DNA from: Pseudobdellovibrionaceae bacterium
GTDB lineage: Bacteria > Bdellovibrionota > Bdellovibrionia > Bdellovibrionales > Bdellovibrionaceae
Length of the DNA stretch: 64,000 nt
Assembly (NCBI GenBank): GCA_039810425.1
Contig: JBDHWW010000001.1
Location: 108,652-172,651 of the forward strand
Direction of reading: 5' to 3'
This document shows, one piece after another, positions 59,452-64,000 of the stretch. The position numbers and the translations under genes were made by a program. A model generated the notes under the pieces. The model made no database searches and was not told the DNA's origin. It saw nothing but the letters and a program-made list of their open reading frames with translations. Position 1 is the first letter of the stretch. Every line of letters starts with the position of its first letter.

Positions 59452-60024
59452 ATGGTTCGCACAATTAAGCTAATTCAGAAGTGGTTGATCCTCACGAGCA
59501 TTATTTTGGGGACGACGGTCCCTGCTTTAGCTGGTGATGTTTTCTATGATTGTCCACAAGCTACGCGTGGTGGCGGTGGCGGCGGTGGTGATTTCCCGTG
59601 GCCTTGGGGCTTTGAGGTCAAATTTCCTTGGGATGATGTTCAGGGCATCTGGAGAGTCCAAAAGGACGACACGGTTTTATATTTCAGCTTCCGCAGGGTT
59701 CAGGCTAAGCGTATTAAGATTAAGCAAATTGATATCACGACTTGCCAAGTGGTCGGCACGGGCCAAGGTTTGGAGCGTGGAAACACGATTGTTGCTCAAA
59801 TCCGCAATACTTTATCGAACGAGACGTACAATCTAACGATCTACGCCTTTAATGAAGAGGATCTCGAACCTCCTGTATTGAGCCAAGCAGGTTCTGAGCA
59901 CGTAATTGTGGCGCGTATTAACAGCTTGGATCACCAAGCCACTGAATTTGCTGCTCAAATGGTAAGAATTTCTGACCGCCTCGAAGTTAAATGTGGCGAT
60001 CAGGACAAAAAGACGAAGTTTTAA
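59452..60024 (+). CDS. Secreted hypothetical protein
   Basis: Signal peptide ending ALA, poly-Gly, then FPWPW..FPWDDVQGIW. Confidence 0.75.
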   Translation: MVRTIKLIQKWLILTSIILGTTVPALAGDVFYDCPQATRGGGGGGGDFPWPWGFEVKFPWDDVQGIWRVQKDDTVLYFSFRRVQAKRIKIKQIDITTCQVVGTGQGLERGNTIVAQIRNTLSNETYNLTIYAFNEEDLEPPVLSQAGSEHVIVARINSLDHQATEFAAQMVRISDRLEVKCGDQDKKTKF

Positions 60025-60033
60025 AAAATCCTC

Positions 60034-60062
60034 TTGGCAGAGACGATGAATGTTGTTACAAA
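60034..60062 (+). promoter_or_regulatory. Sigma70-like promoter of the original tRNA locus
   Basis: TTGGCA-N17-TACAAA with an extended -10 TG, upstream of the truncated tRNA copy. Confidence 0.55.
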
Positions 60063-60089
60063 AACCGTCTCTTATAAAGAGTGCGACAT

Positions 60090-60130
60090 AGGGAGTTAGC
60101 TCAGTTGGTAGAGCGCCACCCTTACAAGGT
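60090..60130 (+). pseudogene. 5' half of tRNA-Val(TAC), att-like duplication
   Basis: 60087-60130 is identical (44 bp) to 60282-60325 and diverges just after the anticodon loop. Confidence 0.92.
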
Positions 60131-60207
60131 AGCGAGAATTTGTTCTTTGAAAATTGAATAGTGATAAGTTGTTGAGATGATTTTGAAATCATAAACAGCG
60201 ATCAAGT

Positions 60208-60426
60208 AAATGGTAAAAGAGTTTGTGAAATTGGTAAAAAGGTAGAAATACATTTTATCAGCTATGAATTGAAAATTAAATCATAGGGAGTTAGCTCAGT
60301 TGGTAGAGCGCCACCCTTACAAGGTGGATGTCGCAGGTTCGAATCCTGTACTCCCTACCAAGTACTTGAAATCACTATTAAATTTTAATCTTAAAAAATC
60401 AAAAATGGTAAAAACGGTTGGTAAAA
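60208..60426 (+). repeat. Four TGGTAAAA direct repeats flanking the tRNA (candidate integrase arm sites)
   Basis: aaatggtaaaa at 60208 and 60403; ttggtaaaa at 60231 and 60418. Confidence 0.6.
60285..60360 (+). tRNA. tRNA-Val(TAC)
   Basis: 76 nt; acceptor AGGGAGT/ACTCCCT, D-arm, anticodon arm CCACC-CTTACAA-GGTGG, GTTCGAATC T-loop, encoded CCA. Confidence 0.98.
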
Positions 60427-60650
60427 TGGGTCAGGTCTTAGGATTGACCAAGAACAATGATCAGTATGAAGACGTGCCTGATGAATTGAAGTGGGCGATT
60501 CCACTTCATGAACATTTGGTCAGTCCTGAAATGCAAACCTGGTTTGATGAACGCAAGGCTCAGTCTGAGCAACGCGTGGAAAAAGAAATCTTTAGCCTCC
60601 AGCGAGAGGCATCGAAAAAACGTCTAAAAATTCTGGTGCGTGAATCCTGA
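60405..60650 (+). CDS. Possible small hypothetical protein
   Basis: 81-aa frame with a plausible helical middle, but the start lies in the repeats and the end is antisense to the displaced recombinase tail. Confidence 0.3.
   Translation: MVKTVGKMGQVLGLTKNNDQYEDVPDELKWAIPLHEHLVSPEMQTWFDERKAQSEQRVEKEIFSLQREASKKRLKILVRES
60592..60650 (-). repeat. Displaced copy of the recombinase 3' end (direct repeat A)
   Basis: Minus strand encodes RIHAPEFLDVFSMPLAGG*. 60614-60650 matches 62831-62867 at 34 of 37 nt. Confidence 0.9.
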
Positions 60651-60656
60651 CCTTTT

Positions 60657-60688
60657 TAAAAAGAGCCCTGTCTGAGGATGACCAGGGC
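60657..60688 (-). terminator. Terminator of the GNAT operon
   Basis: Minus strand GCCCTG..CAGGGC followed by TCTTTTT. Confidence 0.65.
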
Positions 60689-60711
60689 ACAATAGCTGTT
60701 AACTTCGACTT

Positions 60712-61173
60712 TTAAAGACCGACATTTTTGATCAAGAGCAAGCACGGATTGTGTTCACCCCAAAGAGTTTTAAATTCTTCGACTGGCAAAAAACCAACTC
60801 CAAGGTAAAACTTCCGAGTTCGGTCGTACTCCTCGTTTGACCTTGATTCACTCAGGGTCTTCACGGTCAAGTATTGGTAGCCTTTCTGACGAAGATATTC
60901 CTCAGCGTGAAGAATCATTTGCTGGCCGATTTTTTGGCGATGGAACTGTGGTAGAATACCCATGACGTGGACTTCTGCGGTGTATTTGTTGTGGCGGTTT
61001 AAAGCCAGAAATCCTTTAACACCAGAATCATTTTTCGCCACAAGCATTGGCATATCTTGAACATCTTTGATGTAGTCTAAAATAGCTGATTCAATGCCGA
61101 ACCATTTTGGCAATGAGCGCAGTATTTTTTCGCAGATTTCAGATTTACTCTTTTCTATAAATTCATATTTCAT
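60712..61173 (-). CDS. GNAT N-acetyltransferase
   Basis: ILRSLPKWFG, AEVHVMGI..FHRQKIGQ (motif A), YDRTRKFY...GF. Confidence 0.9.
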   Translation of the reverse strand: MKYEFIEKSKSEICEKILRSLPKWFGIESAILDYIKDVQDMPMLVAKNDSGVKGFLALNRHNKYTAEVHVMGILPQFHRQKIGQQMILHAEEYLRQKGYQYLTVKTLSESRSNEEYDRTRKFYLGVGFLPVEEFKTLWGEHNPCLLLIKNVGL

Positions 61174-61180
61174 TTTTGTC

Positions 61181-61771
61181 TCATTTCTTTGCGTTGTATG
61201 GCTTCTTCGCTTTCAACCCAATGTCTTCTGGATTGGCGACGTAGATCAGGTGATCTGTCCACTTTCCATATTCAAACCAATACCGCTTCTTAATTCCTTC
61301 GCGCTTCATACCAATGGCTTTGGCGAGCTTGATGGAAATTCTGTTGTCCAAGTTGATCGCGGCCTCCAGACGGTTCAAATGCAAATGCTTGAATCCAATT
61401 TTTAAACCAGCGAGAGAAGCCTCAGTGCCGTAACCTTGGCCCCAATGGCGATTATAAATTTGGTAACCAAAATTTGCGAACTGATGTGTACTGCGAACGA
61501 AAACATCAAAATCAATTTGGCCAATGATAGCGCCGGACTTCTTATCAAAAACATAGTAGCGATAATAGTCGTCGTTCTTAGCCAATGACTCGTGCTCCCT
61601 CTTGATCTTCTGAAACCATTTCCTCGTACACTGACTTGGCTTCAATGGGCCTCGGTCCCATTTATTTTGTTTTGTAAGAGCATTGACGTAAGCATCGTAC
61701 CAAACATCATAGTCGCCATTTTCGAGTGGACGTAGAATGAGTCTTTTTGTTTTAAAGGTTAGGCGCTTCAT
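61181..61771 (-). CDS. GNAT acetyltransferase, RimJ/RimL type
   Basis: TKRLILRPL, GYQIYNRHWGQGYGTEA, LNRLEAAI..DN..SIKLA...GM.REG. Confidence 0.9.
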   Translation of the reverse strand: MKRLTFKTKRLILRPLENGDYDVWYDAYVNALTKQNKWDRGPLKPSQCTRKWFQKIKREHESLAKNDDYYRYYVFDKKSGAIIGQIDFDVFVRSTHQFANFGYQIYNRHWGQGYGTEASLAGLKIGFKHLHLNRLEAAINLDNRISIKLAKAIGMKREGIKKRYWFEYGKWTDHLIYVANPEDIGLKAKKPYNAKK

Positions 61772-62559
61772 GATGGCCTCCCGCTTGGGTAGAAGGCCCA
61801 CTCTTCCATTTCACAGAAAACACGGCAGCCATGAGATTCAAACAGTTTTCTCATCGCTTTGTTTTCAGAATGGGTTCCGCCGTGATAGAGCTTGCCGTCT
61901 TGGTCTTTCATCATTGTGAAGCCGTGACGGTGAACCCATTTCCCAAGATGTTTTCCTCGATGACCTGGAATCAAGCCCATATATGAAATACGAGACCAAC
62001 CCGATTCTTTATTGATCTGAGCGACCGCTAAAGCGCATGGTCGATTTTCTTGAAATCCAATGGCAATATATTCAGGGCCACTTGTGTATTCATGGTGCTG
62101 AAGCCAATCTTGAATGAAGTCTTCTAGGCTTTCATTTGGATCGACATCCAATGCTCCCTCAACAACCTCTTTGGTGAATTGGGCAATTTGCTGCTTACTC
62201 CAGTTCAGAGTCTTTGCTGTCTTCCAAACAAGTGGAGTTCCTTGCTCGTCAGGAAGATCTTTAACATCGCATTGATATTCAATTCGTCCTGCTTTTTTAT
62301 GAAAGCCTAAGTCTTGGAAGAGCTTTTTAAAGGTCTCTGCCTCGTACTCAAGACGAATTCTGGTCTCAATGGATTCTGCTCCGAATTCAATAGCGGCAGA
62401 CTTAGCTTGGATTAACAAACCAAGCCAATGCTCTTCATTCAGTCGCTTCTCAGGTCTATTGTATTTAATTGCGTAAACATTCGCCCACAGTTGTTCTGCG
62501 GACGCGACTCCCCAGGAATTACCTAAAGAGTCAGGGTGAACAAATTTTTTGCTGTTCAT
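61768..62559 (-). CDS. GNAT acetyltransferase (probably two-domain)
   Basis: YMGLIPGHRGKHLGK, N.AMRKLFESHG. GGAG RBS before ATG 62559; ATGA overlap with the next gene. Confidence 0.85.
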   Translation of the reverse strand: MNSKKFVHPDSLGNSWGVASAEQLWANVYAIKYNRPEKRLNEEHWLGLLIQAKSAAIEFGAESIETRIRLEYEAETFKKLFQDLGFHKKAGRIEYQCDVKDLPDEQGTPLVWKTAKTLNWSKQQIAQFTKEVVEGALDVDPNESLEDFIQDWLQHHEYTSGPEYIAIGFQENRPCALAVAQINKESGWSRISYMGLIPGHRGKHLGKWVHRHGFTMMKDQDGKLYHGGTHSENKAMRKLFESHGCRVFCEMEEWAFYPSGRPS

Positions 62560-62563
62560 AATT

Positions 62564-62690
62564 CTCCATAAAAGGCCCAAATAAATTGAGCGTAAATTAA
62601 AAGTTTACGCAGCCTTTTAAGGAGTTTTCAGGAACACATATTGTGAATTAAAAATGTGTCTTACGACTACTTCACTGACAAGAAGGCTGC
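62564..62690 (-). promoter_or_regulatory. Candidate translational attenuator with alternative hairpins
   Basis: The RBS-containing arm 62564-62577 pairs with 62611-62624 around an inner GCGTAAA/TTTACGC stem. A competing 8-bp pairing joins 62609-62616 to 62683-62690 inside the leader ORF. Confidence 0.65.
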
Positions 62691-62714
62691 AAAGTCTGAA
62701 TTTAAAGTTTTCAT
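62667..62714 (-). CDS. 15-aa leader peptide MKTLNSDFAAFLSVK
   Basis: AAGGAGG RBS 6 nt before the ATG, directly downstream of a consensus promoter. Confidence 0.7.
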   Translation of the reverse strand: MKTLNSDFAAFLSVK

Positions 62715-62748
62715 AGCAAACCTCCTTAGTTTGATAATTGATGATTCA

Positions 62749-62777
62749 AATCTAGCGCGATGGTCTGTATATGTCAA
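62749..62777 (-). promoter_or_regulatory. Sigma70 promoter of the leader/GNAT operon
   Basis: TTGACA-N17-TAGATT on the minus strand. Confidence 0.8.
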
Positions 62778-62814
62778 ACTGGATTTCGCCTTAAGCCTTC
62801 AACATTACTTGCAG

Positions 62815-63849
62815 CTAACCAATGGACTGGGAGAAAACGTCTAAAAACTCTGGTGCATGAATCCTGATATAGCCCTGCGTGGTTCGGTAATCCTCGTGCA
62901 GACAGCATCGCTGTAAGAAAGCTGGATTTCCTTTGTACATTTTATCAAGATGAATTGCTCCGATGGTCGCATAGCTGTGACGCCAATCAAGCGGAGTAAG
63001 AAATTTGAACCCACATTCTTTGGCAATTCGCCTCCATGTTTTAGAAATCTGGCCAGGTTTATTTGGGTACAGCGGATCTTTGTCTGCGAGATGCTTTTTT
63101 AGATAGCGAGCGACTTCGGTAATTATTTCGACTGAGGGTTGAATCATTTGAACAGCTATCGGTTTTCCCGCTGATGTTTTTGTCGCATCTTTTTGTGTGA
63201 TGTATCCTTTTTTTCCGCGACTGCGGCCACTGATGATATTATCTCTAACCAAGAAATATGGAATCTTCGCATCAGGGAAAAGGTTTTCTGCTTTCATGCC
63301 GGCAAAGTTTCCACGTCTTAAACCCGTAATGACTCCAAAGTAAAGTCCATATGCTAGGAGTTTCATTTCTGACTTTTCTTTATAGGTCCTGTCGATTTTT
63401 ATTTTCATATCTTCAATATCTTTCAGCGAATAAACCTCTTCGGATCGTTTATTTGCAGAGTGGTCGCGTTTTTGCTGCTCAAGAGTCAATGAAACCCAAA
63501 TTTTAAATGTGTCTTCTTTACCAATGTAATCATGCTTTTCGCAAAAAAAGATGAATTGGTTAATGGTGCGGCAAAGGACGTTGTATGTGTTGTGCGAGTA
63601 TTTATCGCCGTTCTTTTTCTTGGCGGTTCTAACGTGAAGTTCGGCTTGATTTCGATACTGCCTGAATTGTTTTGGATGAGTACATCCTTTAGAGAAAAAC
63701 CAAGGTAGCCAAAAGTTTTTCATGTAACTGTAGTAATCAACGGGGATGGCCGTATCATCTTTGAAGGCTTTAAACTCTTCAAGTACAGGTTCAAAATCGA
63801 AGTCCTTGGATTTAAGTTCAATCTTTTCCATCGCTCGATATGAGGCCAA
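62815..63849 (-). CDS. Tyrosine recombinase/integrase (N-terminus uncertain)
   Basis: TGLRRGN (Arg I), LDWRHSYAT (Arg II box), LHEDYRTTQGY (His and catalytic Tyr). Confidence 0.85.
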   Translation of the reverse strand: MASYRAMEKIELKSKDFDFEPVLEEFKAFKDDTAIPVDYYSYMKNFWLPWFFSKGCTHPKQFRQYRNQAELHVRTAKKKNGDKYSHNTYNVLCRTINQFIFFCEKHDYIGKEDTFKIWVSLTLEQQKRDHSANKRSEEVYSLKDIEDMKIKIDRTYKEKSEMKLLAYGLYFGVITGLRRGNFAGMKAENLFPDAKIPYFLVRDNIISGRSRGKKGYITQKDATKTSAGKPIAVQMIQPSVEIITEVARYLKKHLADKDPLYPNKPGQISKTWRRIAKECGFKFLTPLDWRHSYATIGAIHLDKMYKGNPAFLQRCCLHEDYRTTQGYIRIHAPEFLDVFSQSIG

Positions 63850-64000
63850 GGCAAACTGTGAACTCAGTTCTTGTTCAAGGCGATGTTTTAATTTCTTAAA
63901 TTCAGTGTTCTGTTCGGCCTGCTCTTGCCCTCTAAGTCACTATGGTCGAAGCACGCACTAATCCATTGAACAACCAGCGGAGCTGTCCTTACTCGACGAA

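Larger units (their letters stand above)
60087..64000. mobile_element. tRNA-Val-associated genomic island (runs off the window end)
   Basis: tRNA duplication, visibly AT-richer sequence, accessory GNAT genes, tyrosine recombinase. Confidence 0.85.

Noticed and set aside
60300..60404. ORF track 116-aa ORF starting at 60300
   Set aside because: Its first codons lie inside the tRNA-Val gene. Only the part from 60405 could be coding.
60651..62830. Classical integron cassette array
   Set aside because: No attC-like sites between the GNAT genes (7-nt gap and ATGA overlap), and I could not recognise IntI-specific features in the recombinase.
62656..63026. Plus-strand ORFs of 62 and 61 aa
   Set aside because: They are antisense to the leader, promoter and recombinase, and have no RBS or recognisable motifs.
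63880..63940. Programmed -1 ribosomal frameshift in the recombinase
   Set aside because: No X-XXY-YYZ slippery heptamer in the correct frame. A mutation or sequencing error is more likely.

Overview
Mostly core chromosome of a Bdellovibrio-like predatory bacterium. This is inferred from the gene set and secreted-protein style, not proven. The core part carries GT2 glycosyltransferases, priA, galU, nagZ plus amgK/murU-like peptidoglycan recycling genes, a TadG-like gene with two Gly-rich secreted partners, a sigma54 activator, an MsbA-like ABC transporter, uvrA, PBP1A, mscL, ftsEX-envC-S41 protease, tig, an ArsA-like ATPase pair, gshA, pepA and clpP-clpX-lon. The last ~4 kb (from ~60087) is a visibly AT-richer island at a tRNA-Val(TAC) locus: a 5' half tRNA copy, a 151-bp spacer, an intact tRNA, three GNAT acetyltransferase genes and a tyrosine recombinase. 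The most striking observation is that the GNAT operon forms a self-contained 2217-bp cassette with its own sigma70 promoter, an unannotated 15-aa leader peptide with alternative RNA hairpins, and a terminator. It is bounded by a 37-bp direct repeat of the recombinase's own 3' coding end, and the mismatches are all synonymous in the recombinase frame, as if the cassette integrated into the recombinase gene and replaced its C-terminus. An unannotated 42-aa very basic ORF (11234-11362) and a shared C-terminal motif in the Tad-linked secreted proteins also deserve follow-up. Product calls come from motif recognition only; no database searches were run.
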